DNA from: TPA_inf: Saccharomyces
Lineage: Eukaryota
Reading direction: 5' to 3'
Assembly: GCA_000146045.2 (NCBI GenBank)
Contig: BK006946.2
Span: 832,001 to 896,000, forward strand
Length of the DNA: 64,000 nucleotides
The notes under the pieces were generated by a model. That model saw nothing but the letters and a program-made list of their open reading frames with translations, did no database searches and was not told the DNA's origin. Below are positions 54,517 through 64,000 of the stretch, piece by piece (within the stretch, counting starts at the first letter, position 1; every line of letters starts with the position of its first letter). A program made the translations under genes and the position numbers.

Positions 54517-55002
54517 GGATAAAAAAAAAAAGTTATTTTGAGTAGCTGATAAAGCGAGCTGGTGCCTATCATAGCCGGCTCAGACTTTTTATGAATTCAC
54601 AGGCCAGCCCTGGCTATTCTTTTGCGTACTTTTAGTTCGATATATTTTCGCGGCTCGCGTTTTGTTTGCTTCTTATTTTACACTGAGTTTTCGTGCCGCA
54701 AACGTGGAGATGGGAAAAAGAAAAGTCGGGAAAATAATGAGAAATTTCTACTTTTGGTATTCCTCATACAGCCTGCGCGGTTTATTAGTAAAATACCCGA
54801 TAATCCTCGAGGTTTGAAAAACTTTTCCCTCTACTACTGTTGACACGGATTTTTTTATTTAAGAGGAAAAGTCGTGGTTGTTTTCCTCGAACAAATTAGA
54901 TATCCATAAATAGTTGTGTCGTTTTATTAAGCTATTTCAAAATCAGTTTTTATTTTTAAAGTCTGATAAAACAAAAACAACAAACACAGCTAAATCTCAA
55001 CA

Positions 55003-56682
55003 ATGTTGTTTAAATCCCTTTCAAAGTTAGCAACCGCTGCTGCTTTTTTTGCTGGCGTCGCAACTGCGGACGATGTTCCAGCGATTGAAGTTGTTGGTAA
55101 TAAGTTTTTCTACTCCAACAACGGTAGTCAGTTCTACATAAGAGGTGTTGCTTATCAGGCTGATACCGCTAATGAAACTAGCGGATCTACTGTCAACGAT
55201 CCTTTGGCCAATTATGAGAGTTGTTCCAGAGATATTCCATACCTCAAAAAATTGAACACAAATGTTATCCGTGTCTACGCTATCAATACCACTCTAGATC
55301 ACTCCGAATGTATGAAGGCTTTGAATGATGCTGACATCTATGTCATCGCTGATTTAGCAGCTCCAGCCACCTCTATCAATAGAGACGATCCAACTTGGAC
55401 TGTTGACTTGTTCAACAGCTACAAAACCGTTGTTGACACTTTTGCTAATTACACCAACGTTTTGGGTTTCTTCGCCGGTAATGAAGTTACTAACAATTAC
55501 ACCAACACAGATGCATCTGCTTTCGTGAAGGCAGCTATTAGAGACGTCAGACAATACATCAGCGACAAGAACTACAGAAAAATTCCAGTTGGCTACTCTT
55601 CCAATGATGACGAAGATACCAGAGTTAAGATGACTGATTATTTCGCTTGTGGTGATGATGATGTTAAGGCTGATTTTTACGGTATTAATATGTATGAATG
55701 GTGTGGTAAATCTGACTTCAAAACTTCTGGTTATGCTGATAGAACTGCAGAATTCAAAAACTTATCTATTCCTGTTTTCTTCTCTGAATACGGTTGTAAC
55801 GAAGTAACACCAAGACTATTTACTGAGGTTGAAGCCTTGTACGGTTCTAATATGACAGATGTCTGGTCTGGTGGTATCGTATACATGTACTTCGAAGAGA
55901 CTAACAAATACGGTTTAGTTAGCATCGATGGTAATGATGTTAAAACTTTGGATGACTTCAACAACTATTCTTCTGAAATCAACAAAATATCACCAACTTC
56001 CGCCAACACAAAGTCTTACAGTGCAACAACAAGTGATGTTGCTTGTCCAGCTACTGGTAAGTACTGGTCCGCTGCAACAGAATTACCACCAACTCCAAAC
56101 GGAGGCTTGTGTTCATGTATGAATGCAGCCAATAGTTGTGTTGTTTCCGATGACGTTGATTCTGATGATTACGAAACCTTATTTAACTGGATCTGTAATG
56201 AAGTCGACTGTAGCGGTATTTCAGCAAACGGTACCGCCGGTAAGTATGGTGCTTACTCTTTCTGTACACCAAAGGAACAGCTATCTTTCGTTATGAATTT
56301 GTACTACGAGAAGAGTGGTGGTAGCAAATCTGACTGTAGCTTCAGCGGTTCTGCCACTCTACAAACTGCCACCACGCAAGCTAGTTGCTCCTCCGCTTTG
56401 AAAGAGATTGGTAGTATGGGTACCAACTCTGCATCAGGTAGTGTTGATTTGGGTTCCGGAACTGAATCCAGTACTGCCTCTTCTAACGCTTCGGGGTCTT
56501 CTTCCAAGTCTAACTCCGGCTCTTCTGGTTCTTCCAGTTCTTCTTCTTCTTCTTCAGCTTCATCTTCATCTTCTAGCAAGAAGAATGCTGCCACCAACGT
56601 TAAAGCTAACTTAGCACAAGTGGTCTTTACCTCCATCATTTCCTTATCCATTGCCGCTGGTGTCGGTTTTGCTTTGGTTTAA
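55003..56682 (+). CDS. GAS1: GPI-anchored beta-1,3-glucanosyltransferase (GH72), 559 aa
   Basis: A signal peptide is followed by the GH72 catalytic domain and a Cys-rich X8 module. A poly-Ser tract and a C-terminal hydrophobic GPI-attachment signal are also present. Unambiguous. Confidence 0.97.
56518..56577 (+). repeat. Serine-codon (TCT/TCA/AGC) tract encoding the GAS1 poly-Ser linker
   Basis: It encodes ...[20 protein letters not shown].... The complementary strand yields a spurious acidic ORF (56304..56651). Confidence 0.9.
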
Positions 56683-56951
56683 AAAGCTTCGACACATACA
56701 TAATAACTCGATAAGGTATGGTATCTTATTTCATTGTGGGGTAGTTTTTACGAAAAAAATGAAAAGTTGTAAGTATAGTATATATTTTTTTTCTATGTAA
56801 GTTTTATAAGATTCTATTCGCTATTACCACCGGTAAATTAAAAAGAACACTATTGTTACATTATATGTTTTTAAATCATCAAAAAAGACAATATTCATTT
56901 AATATTCCTTATAGAACTACTTAACATTGTTCTTCTTTCTATTAAACGTCT

Positions 56952-59900
56952 TTATGCAAACCATTTATGTACTTTCTCCATAATATCAGCTGGATATCTA
57001 TTGAAAATTGCCATAGCATCACTAGAAGGCAAAAATCCCAACAACTTTTTAACTGAACTTATCACCGTTTGGCCTTCCCTTTCGGTCAAACTTCTCTCAT
57101 TCAAGGCTTGTATGACTGAATCAACTACAGCGGAGATATTAGATTGAGCACACACAATTGGCGAATTATTTTCAATCAATTGACTCAAAAATTGATAGTT
57201 GAATGAGGCAGCTTCTTTGTCAGTTATTGTTGGTAACGTTTTGAACCAATTAGCCGTGTACGTGTCTACGTTAGGAATGTTGGAATTGTATGCATAAAGA
57301 ATTTTGGCGATGGCTGCACTGGCATTCTCTGTTGAAGAACGATTTTCTTCCAGTTTGGAGCCTGGAAAATCGACAATCTGAACAAGTGTATCTAAAGTCG
57401 GTATGCAAACGTCAGCATATGTAGATGGAGCGTATTGGGCACAAACACCGATTATATAAGAAGCAGCTTGGCGAATACGAGCGTCAGGAGAAATCAAGCA
57501 CTCGGTAACCTTTGGAATAAATGCGTTCTTCATGCTAGCAGTTTGTTCGCCACCATATTGAATCAAGTCACCAATCACTACTAATGCAAAAATGACTAAA
57601 ATTGGTTCATTATCTAAAAGGAATGTGTTTATCATAGGCCATATATTCTCCAAATTCTTTAGATAATGACCATTTGTGGTTTTCAAAACGGCCGCGATAG
57701 ACTTGTTGATTTCATCGAGAAGATCTTCGTCAGTAAAGTCTTCCTCTTCATCAATATTTTCATTATATTCATCACCATCACCATGGCGATCCTGCATCCT
57801 TTCGTAAGTGTCAGTTAAGTTGGCGGAGACACCCTTAGTAAATGCCGCTAATTGGTCTTCGCTTAAGCAATTGTCACCCATGACTTTAATACCATTCACT
57901 AACGAGTTGTGATAAACTTGCGTGATTTCTGGCATTGGTTCTGACATTAAGCCTCCGATTAGTTTAGACGAAGCTTTATGCCACAACAATACCAATTCCT
58001 CGTTTTGAGTACCGGTGGCTGCAAGTAAACAAGATAATAGAATAGGAATTAAAGTTGCTCCTGCAGCACGAACACCGTCATGTAGGTAAAAGTCAAGCGA
58101 TGGTAGAGCTATTTCTTCCATTACTTCTTTAACATATACAGCAAATTGGCCTCTTAAAAGTGTCGCATAGCTTTGTAATAGCTCCATTGCTGATACTTTA
58201 TCGTCAAGGACGGATGTGTGAATAGCAATGTGTTTTCCCTGAACTTGAACAACATCCCAATCTGGATATTGTTGGAAATTTGCTGCTTCTTCTTCTTCAA
58301 TTAAACCGACGTCTTGCGTTGCTTTGGCAGTAATTAGCAGGGGTGGTATAACAATCGGTAACAACGGAACAAAATCATCACCCAGAATTCGGCAAATCCT
58401 GCTCCAACTTTGTTCTAAGTATGATCTGAGCGCATCATCTTCATCGATATCTGAGTTTTGTAAAGCGACCAATATAGAAATCAGCTCTTGAGAGTGCTCA
58501 TGAAATTTTTCCTTACCAACGGCAAAACCAATCAGAGTTGCACATTCCATACATTTACCTTTCAAAACACTATTATCTTTATTGTTAACCTTCAAAACAT
58601 TTAATAATAATGGCATTAGAGTATCGTAATACTTGATAAATTTATTCTTTGCAGCTTCAGCAATAAATGCAATGGTTGTTAGGGCCTGTTCCTGTACGTA
58701 AAGTTTGTTGCTTTGTAATAAAACTAATAAATTTGTCAATAGACTATCCAAGTAAGGCTCAAGAATATCCTTCGAAGCGAATTCAGAAAAGTTAACCAGA
58801 GCCGCTGCGGCGTGCGTTTGAACTCTTGAGGTGCATTCTGACGTTAGTTTAGATATTAAAGCCGGCAAAATTCTATCGTGTGCAGTTCTTTGAATGAATG
58901 GTGAAAAATCAGTAGATATTTGACCCAAAACATTACAACATCCATACTGTACTCTTGGATGAGGATCGTTGATGAGGGGAATTACCATATCCAGGATTTT
59001 TGGGATCTCGCCGATCAGAACATCAGCACAACCCTCAGCTGCAGAGGAAAGTGCCATCATGGCCGCGAATCTTTCTCTCCATTCGGTTGATGTGATCATT
59101 TGCTGTAAATATTGGAACAATGGTGCAGCCAAATATTCACCACCCAGCTTTAAAGCAACACGATCAAGAGCTTGACGAGCGTGGTCATATGTAACTTCCT
59201 CTTCATCATCGGTATCGTCAGATTCTATCCATTCTGCTGCATCATCATCATCTATGGATACCTCCGTCATCATGATTAAAGTAACCATCACTAAAGTTTG
59301 CCCGTAATTCTGGTTCGATTTACACATTTGGGGAGCGTTCTCGCTGAAAACGGTTAGCAGTTCGAGTGCTGTGGTTCTTGCTGGAGGTTCTAAATCCTTA
59401 TTTTTTATAACCATATCAGTGAATTGTATTATTTGGTCAAACATATCCTTGAATAGTTTTGGTGCCAATTCCACCAACTCAATTAACGATTCAAAAACTG
59501 ATGCAAGGGCATCGTCCTTACCATCATCTAAAAATCTTGGTAAACTATTCAAAAGACTTGGTAATAAAATACCTAACTTGGACCACTCAGATTTTGGTAG
59601 TTGCTTAAAATAACCCACGAAAGCCGTAACTGCAGCAATTTTGACATTATCACTTGCATCAGTAAAGCCTGATTGAAAAATTGGTAAGATACTGTTGATG
59701 TCAACAGCGGTAATTAAATAAGGTACAGTCGTCAAAATTCTAAAACTGGATTCTCTAAAATTTGGGTTACCGCTTTTTAAAGACTCTATTAAAGCTTGTA
59801 GTAATTCTGGCCATGCTGGTAAGTCGTCTTGAACACACTCAGCAATAGCATCAGATAGTTTGTGCCTAATTGAATCAGCTCTTTCCGACAAAAACCCTTT

Positions 59901-60221
59901 TAACAATGAAGAACGAATTTGTGCAAGAACTTCTTTCCTAATATGTGTGATATTTTTGGACATAATCATAAGCTTCGAAGAAGGGGGAGCTTTTAATGCT
60001 AATTTTCTAAACAGAACAGCAGATAATGCTGCAACTGTTGTATCTTGGGAGAAAGCGGCTTGTTCAGCCAAAAAAGTTAAAAGATACTCAATATTGTTTT
60101 CGGTAATCCATTCTTCACTAAGAGCCTTCTCAGCTACAGAACGTATTTGATTGTCAGGGGAAGCAAACGCCTGGACAATCTGAAGTAATGTTCTATTAAC
60201 TTCTTCCGGTAAAGCAGACAT
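56952..60221 (-). CDS. PSE1: Importin-beta family karyopherin (Kap121), 1089 aa
   Basis: An all-HEAT-repeat protein. The start is trimmed to MSALPEEVNRTLLQIV, giving 1089 aa. The maximal ORF starts 10 codons upstream. Confidence 0.9.
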   Translation of the reverse strand: MSALPEEVNRTLLQIVQAFASPDNQIRSVAEKALSEEWITENNIEYLLTFLAEQAAFSQDTTVAALSAVLFRKLALKAPPSSKLMIMSKNITHIRKEVLAQIRSSLLKGFLSERADSIRHKLSDAIAECVQDDLPAWPELLQALIESLKSGNPNFRESSFRILTTVPYLITAVDINSILPIFQSGFTDASDNVKIAAVTAFVGYFKQLPKSEWSKLGILLPSLLNSLPRFLDDGKDDALASVFESLIELVELAPKLFKDMFDQIIQFTDMVIKNKDLEPPARTTALELLTVFSENAPQMCKSNQNYGQTLVMVTLIMMTEVSIDDDDAAEWIESDDTDDEEEVTYDHARQALDRVALKLGGEYLAAPLFQYLQQMITSTEWRERFAAMMALSSAAEGCADVLIGEIPKILDMVIPLINDPHPRVQYGCCNVLGQISTDFSPFIQRTAHDRILPALISKLTSECTSRVQTHAAAALVNFSEFASKDILEPYLDSLLTNLLVLLQSNKLYVQEQALTTIAFIAEAAKNKFIKYYDTLMPLLLNVLKVNNKDNSVLKGKCMECATLIGFAVGKEKFHEHSQELISILVALQNSDIDEDDALRSYLEQSWSRICRILGDDFVPLLPIVIPPLLITAKATQDVGLIEEEEAANFQQYPDWDVVQVQGKHIAIHTSVLDDKVSAMELLQSYATLLRGQFAVYVKEVMEEIALPSLDFYLHDGVRAAGATLIPILLSCLLAATGTQNEELVLLWHKASSKLIGGLMSEPMPEITQVYHNSLVNGIKVMGDNCLSEDQLAAFTKGVSANLTDTYERMQDRHGDGDEYNENIDEEEDFTDEDLLDEINKSIAAVLKTTNGHYLKNLENIWPMINTFLLDNEPILVIFALVVIGDLIQYGGEQTASMKNAFIPKVTECLISPDARIRQAASYIIGVCAQYAPSTYADVCIPTLDTLVQIVDFPGSKLEENRSSTENASAAIAKILYAYNSNIPNVDTYTANWFKTLPTITDKEAASFNYQFLSQLIENNSPIVCAQSNISAVVDSVIQALNERSLTEREGQTVISSVKKLLGFLPSSDAMAIFNRYPADIMEKVHKWFA

Positions 60222-60987
60222 AGCGATGGCTCTAGTTACGGTTGAAATCACGTGTCGTTAGGATAAAGTGGCTTGCAAGCTAATTACTTTTGTTTGGGCT
60301 ATCTGCCACTTTGATCTACTCAGTCTATTAGCCACTCGGTATCTGAAGAGCGCCGAACTTCGATCACTGTTATAGCTGTCTATAATACTATAGTGATTAT
60401 TGGACCGTCTGGTATTAGTATTCCCATTTTTTTAGTGAATTTCATTTTTCTTTTTTTCCTGGGTAGAAAATGAAAAATTTTTCAGTTTCTGCAAAGAATT
60501 GATATCGTGCGTCATGATGATAATACCGATTTACTGCAGTTCGTACAATTTATTTTTTTTTTTAGAATGTCAAACAGATAGTCCATGATAGGCTATTGGA
60601 TTATTTATCAACACTCATGATCCATATATTTTGAGATTATATTTGATGAAGAAATAAAGCGGCATATCATACTTTTCTTAAAGTTTAATAGTTTGTATTA
60701 TATTATAAAGAGTGTTTACGTAACAAAAAAAACTATATATATATTTGCTTATGTGTAATGTACAGTGAAGACGATTAGATTCAAACCCTAAAACTAAAAA
60801 TAAAGAGATCGCTAAAAGAATCGAAAAAAAAAAAGATGAGCAATATCAAGAATAAAAAGCAAAAGTGAATATGGTTTATACTCTCCTGCTTAGTTTCCTT
60901 CTATATTTTTTGGTTGCTGATGTTATTCTTCTATCTACAATGATTTTTTGTTAAGAATGCTTTCGAAGTAGTTTTTGATTTTATTGA

Positions 60988-63426
60988 TCAACGACGATTT
61001 GATGGTGGGTTAAGACGTTCTTTAGCGATTTTATATTCTTTGTTCAATTTTACCATTGCTTCTTCCAATTTAGTAATTTCATCACCCTTTTCGACAACAA
61101 AGATGGTCTTCTCGTCGTTTAATTTGGCTGGGATTTCCAATTCTGCGATAACAGATTGCAAAACTTCAACCACCTTATTTTCTGGAAGATCAAATAATTC
61201 GGCTAGTTTAGCAACAGAAAAACTTGAATAGAACCTCTTGAAAGAAAAGAAATAAGTCTTCAAAGATTCAACTTGTACTCTTTCCGTTAAACTATTCAAC
61301 ACCGTTTCCATGTTTGGTAATAAAGCCCAAGATTTTATTTCTCTTAAGTATTTAACAGAGTCTCTCCAGTTACCTTTTTGCATTGATTTGGCAGCAAACA
61401 AGACATAATCTCTTAAAGTTTCTGGTGGACCTTGGAAACTTAACTTGTCGTAATGTTCTAAGGAACGACGAATGGATTTTGGAGAGTAAGGAATTCTCTT
61501 GACCTTAATACCGGAATAGAAGGCAGTCATTCTTGGAATTTCGATCAATAAGGAACATGTTAAGAAGACGACATCGATTAAATCGAGATTGATGTGTTGG
61601 TGATATGGCAAACATTGTCTAGCACGCTCATCAGCTGAAGCATTGTTACTAGAATTGAGAGATATTCTGTGTAGGGATTGTTGGCCCAAAATTTCTCTTA
61701 AGTGAGAACTTGACAGAAGATCATTCAAAATTTGATGACATTCTTCAATCAAACATAATTTAAAGGCGGATAGACCCAATTGAACAACAACCCTGTTGAA
61801 TAAAATTTGTAGGGATGAATCGAATTGGTTGATATTTGTTTGAACTTGGGAAGTTAGTAACATATCTTTAGCAGTTTGGAAATCTTTGTTTAATGCAGTG
61901 TAGTAAATGTTGTATAAAATAGCACGTTTTTGAACAGCAATGTTGTTTTGCTTGGATAAGATTGTCGATAATCCGTCTATTAAATTGTCGACATAATCAG
62001 CAGAATCGAGCTGGTCTTTTGAAGTAAATTTAGATTTGAATTGAGCAGGTATGATATTCCAAGCAGCAGTTTCCATAATTTTTATCAAATTTTCGGATTT
62101 ATAGTAGATATGATCCAATCTCTTGACGAATGGACGTGTCAATGCTCTTTCTAGGTCGTGTTCATCTTTCAAAGTCGCTTCAAAGTACAATTGAGTTCTT
62201 AGGATCAAATTATAGATTGATTGTTCATCCCTTAAACGGATCAAATAATCACTGGAATGAGGATCGATGTTTAACAGGGATTTCATGAATTCGTCATCTA
62301 ATCTTTCAACAAATGAGAAAATGGAACCCAGAATCCTCTTGACACCATCAGAATCTTCTTTAGGTTCATCTTCAATGAAATCGATTGGATCAGCAAATTC
62401 ATTAACTTGGTAGGTGTCAATTGTCTGGTCTAAAATAGACAATAATTTACTAATATCGTTGAATGAAGATTTCCATTGATCAATTGGTTGGTAAGATAGG
62501 TTAGCTGAGGCATCGAATCTTGATGGAATCAAAGTCAAATAAGCCATTATGAATTCATATGGTTTTTCAGCTACAGTTAATAACTCCTCCAAAGTAGAAA
62601 TCAAGGATTGTTGATTGACAGTCTTCTTACCTCTTGAGTCAATTATTGTTTGTAATCTAGTGAAGAAATCTTCTTGTACCGCTTGGTCATTGCCTTGAGA
62701 CGAAGAAATTGTGAATCCATTAGCAGAAATATCCAAATCTGCGGTTGGTTCCTTATCAAATGATTCAGGATCATTTCTGAATTTAGCCATTGAGTCTTCA
62801 TTTTCTCTAGAAACTTTCTTGACTCTTTGCTTTGTAGTGTTATAAGCTCTTGCAACAGCTTTATTCTTCAAATCAGCTTGTTGTGTATTATTCACAGCGT
62901 CCTCCACTTGGGCAACAACCTTGATGAAAATATTTGGAGTCCCCCAGTTTTGTTGTTGAGCCCTAACTAAGAGACGCGAGATCAAATCAAACTCATTAGA
63001 AATAGTCAACCAGTCATCAGAGTTCTCAGCTTGAGAGATCTTATTATAAACGTCTTGCATTTCATCCAATAGTTTTTCTTTGGCAGACTTGACTACCTTC
63101 TTGCCATCTTCTTCATCGGATTCTTCATCACTGGAATCATAGTTAGAGCTTTTCAAAAATTTATTTGAACCTCCACCTTGTTTTCTGAACTCAGATTTCT
63201 TGAACCAGTCAGGACCATAAGGCTTTGCATCAGAATCATCAGAGTCTACATCAGCTTCACTTTCACTTTCACTTTCATTGAAAAAGGAGTCGTCAGATTC
63301 TTGGTCCAATTCAGACTCAGAGGAGGAAGAGCTTAACAAATCTTCTTCAGACGAAGATAAAAGATCTTCTTCGGATGAAGAACTGGCTACATCGTATTCG
63401 TAATTAGACGAAAAGAAACGGGACAT
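60988..63426 (-). CDS. NIP1: Translation initiation factor eIF3 subunit c (PCI domain), 812 aa
   Basis: An acidic, serine-rich N-terminus is followed by a C-terminal PCI domain. The start is trimmed to [12 protein letters not shown], giving 812 aa. The maximal ORF starts 15 codons upstream. Confidence 0.9.
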   Translation of the reverse strand: MSRFFSSNYEYDVASSSSEEDLLSSSEEDLLSSSSSESELDQESDDSFFNESESESEADVDSDDSDAKPYGPDWFKKSEFRKQGGGSNKFLKSSNYDSSDEESDEEDGKKVVKSAKEKLLDEMQDVYNKISQAENSDDWLTISNEFDLISRLLVRAQQQNWGTPNIFIKVVAQVEDAVNNTQQADLKNKAVARAYNTTKQRVKKVSRENEDSMAKFRNDPESFDKEPTADLDISANGFTISSSQGNDQAVQEDFFTRLQTIIDSRGKKTVNQQSLISTLEELLTVAEKPYEFIMAYLTLIPSRFDASANLSYQPIDQWKSSFNDISKLLSILDQTIDTYQVNEFADPIDFIEDEPKEDSDGVKRILGSIFSFVERLDDEFMKSLLNIDPHSSDYLIRLRDEQSIYNLILRTQLYFEATLKDEHDLERALTRPFVKRLDHIYYKSENLIKIMETAAWNIIPAQFKSKFTSKDQLDSADYVDNLIDGLSTILSKQNNIAVQKRAILYNIYYTALNKDFQTAKDMLLTSQVQTNINQFDSSLQILFNRVVVQLGLSAFKLCLIEECHQILNDLLSSSHLREILGQQSLHRISLNSSNNASADERARQCLPYHQHINLDLIDVVFLTCSLLIEIPRMTAFYSGIKVKRIPYSPKSIRRSLEHYDKLSFQGPPETLRDYVLFAAKSMQKGNWRDSVKYLREIKSWALLPNMETVLNSLTERVQVESLKTYFFSFKRFYSSFSVAKLAELFDLPENKVVEVLQSVIAELEIPAKLNDEKTIFVVEKGDEITKLEEAMVKLNKEYKIAKERLNPPSNRR
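63334..63381 (-). repeat. Tandem 24-nt duplication encoding SSSEEDLL x2 in the NIP1 N-terminus
   Basis: The units are taacaaatcttcttcagacgaaga and taaaagatcttcttcggatgaaga (+ strand), with 19/24 identity. They encode [16 protein letters not shown]. Confidence 0.85.
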
Positions 63427-63715
63427 TTTCGTAGATCTCGGGCTTGGCAGGCTATTGTGTGAAGATTGCAAATATGTGCCTTGTTCTCCTTTTTTTCCTT
63501 CTATGCTACTCTACTAACAAGTGCAACTGCGAACCTGTAGCTAATTTTTCATTCCTTTCAAAGCTCTTTTTCTCATTGAAAAATTTTTCAACGGCGAAAA
63601 AAATGCGAAAAAAAAAGCTTGGTCGTTTCCAACGAGTAGAGGAAAGTGACAGTAATAATAATGATTGCGTCTCTAATATATACGTACTTATCCATTGCAT
63701 GAAGGTAATTTGGGA

Positions 63716-64000
63716 TTAAAATACAGTTGAAAGAGTTGTCAGTGTCATGGGGATTGCATCTGCAACGTCCGAATTGGATACGGGGCATGGTAGCTGAGCA
63801 TCAAAGAACTCTTGAGGACCTTGACAATCTACGAATTGATCTTGATCCAGTTTGAATGCTCGAGCAAGAGTGTCCCACGTTGAGAATACCAATAAGATGT
63901 GGGGATTAGTTTCGGCGGTAGGCAGTGATGATAACTCGGGAATAGAGGTGTCTCTCGTGGTTAAGGGAACATATACTGATTGTGTATAACCCTCTTTTAA
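63716..64000 (-). CDS. C-terminal 94 codons of an ORF running off the window edge, consistent with YMR310C (predicted methyltransferase-like protein)
   Basis: My hand translation of the minus strand is open from the window edge to a TAA at 63716-63718, reading ...LKEGYTQSVYVPLTTRDTSIPELSSLPTAETNPHILLVFSTWDTLARAFKLDQDQFVDCQGPQEFFDAQLPCPVSNSDVADAIPMTLTTLSTVF*. It is absent from the ORF track because it has no in-window start. Identity is assigned by synteny only. Confidence 0.55.
   Translation of the reverse strand, partial: LKEGYTQSVYVPLTTRDTSIPELSSLPTAETNPHILLVFSTWDTLARAFKLDQDQFVDCQGPQEFFDAQLPCPVSNSDVADAIPMTLTTLSTVF

Noticed and set aside
54183-54572. 129-aa minus-strand ORF overlapping the FKS3 3' end
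   Set aside because: It is antisense to the conserved FKS3 C-terminal TM region. A hydrophobic reverse-frame artefact is typical of AT-skewed membrane-protein genes.
56304-56651. 115-aa acidic (poly-Glu/Asp) ORF antisense to GAS1
   Set aside because: It is a direct consequence of reading the GAS1 poly-Ser (TCT/TCA) tract on the opposite strand as GAA/GAT codons.

Overview
The window reads as a contiguous, gene-dense segment of the Saccharomyces cerevisiae chromosome XIII right arm, running approximately from YMR281W (GPI12) to the 3' end of YMR310C. I recognise about 30 protein-coding genes from their translated products. Most diagnostic are carboxypeptidase Y (PRC1, with its signal peptide and QRPL vacuolar sorting signal), ADH2 with its textbook UAS1 palindrome and dT20 tract, LCB1, ADE4 (N-terminal MCGILGI), ATM1, UBP15, FKS3, GAS1, PSE1/KAP121 and NIP1. 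The order is GPI12, AEP2, RIT1, a solo Ty1/Ty2 delta LTR, an intron-containing tRNA-Tyr(GUA), YKU70, NGL2, MRPL33, DSS1/MSU1, HSH155, ABZ2, HAS1, TDA1, GOT1 (spliced), HER2, JNM1, YMR295C, LCB1, PRC1, LIP1, DYN3, ADE4, ATM1, YME2, ADH2, UBP15, SCW10, FKS3, GAS1, PSE1, NIP1 and the C-terminus of YMR310C. Gene names and reference protein lengths come from memory of the yeast genome, not from a database search. Many maximal ORFs in the supplied track extend upstream of the start I recall for the corresponding protein, and I trimmed those to the internal ATG that fits the protein I recognise. I see no CRISPR arrays, no prokaryotic features, no obvious foreign or engineered insert (no loxP/FRT/marker cassette), and no region that looks like an undescribed system. 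This appears to be well-annotated core yeast chromosome. The findings are therefore regulatory architecture, a Ty/tRNA hotspot, repeat tracts, start-codon ambiguities and some noticeable functional neighbourhoods. Only BLAST against the S288C reference would show whether this copy carries strain-specific variants.
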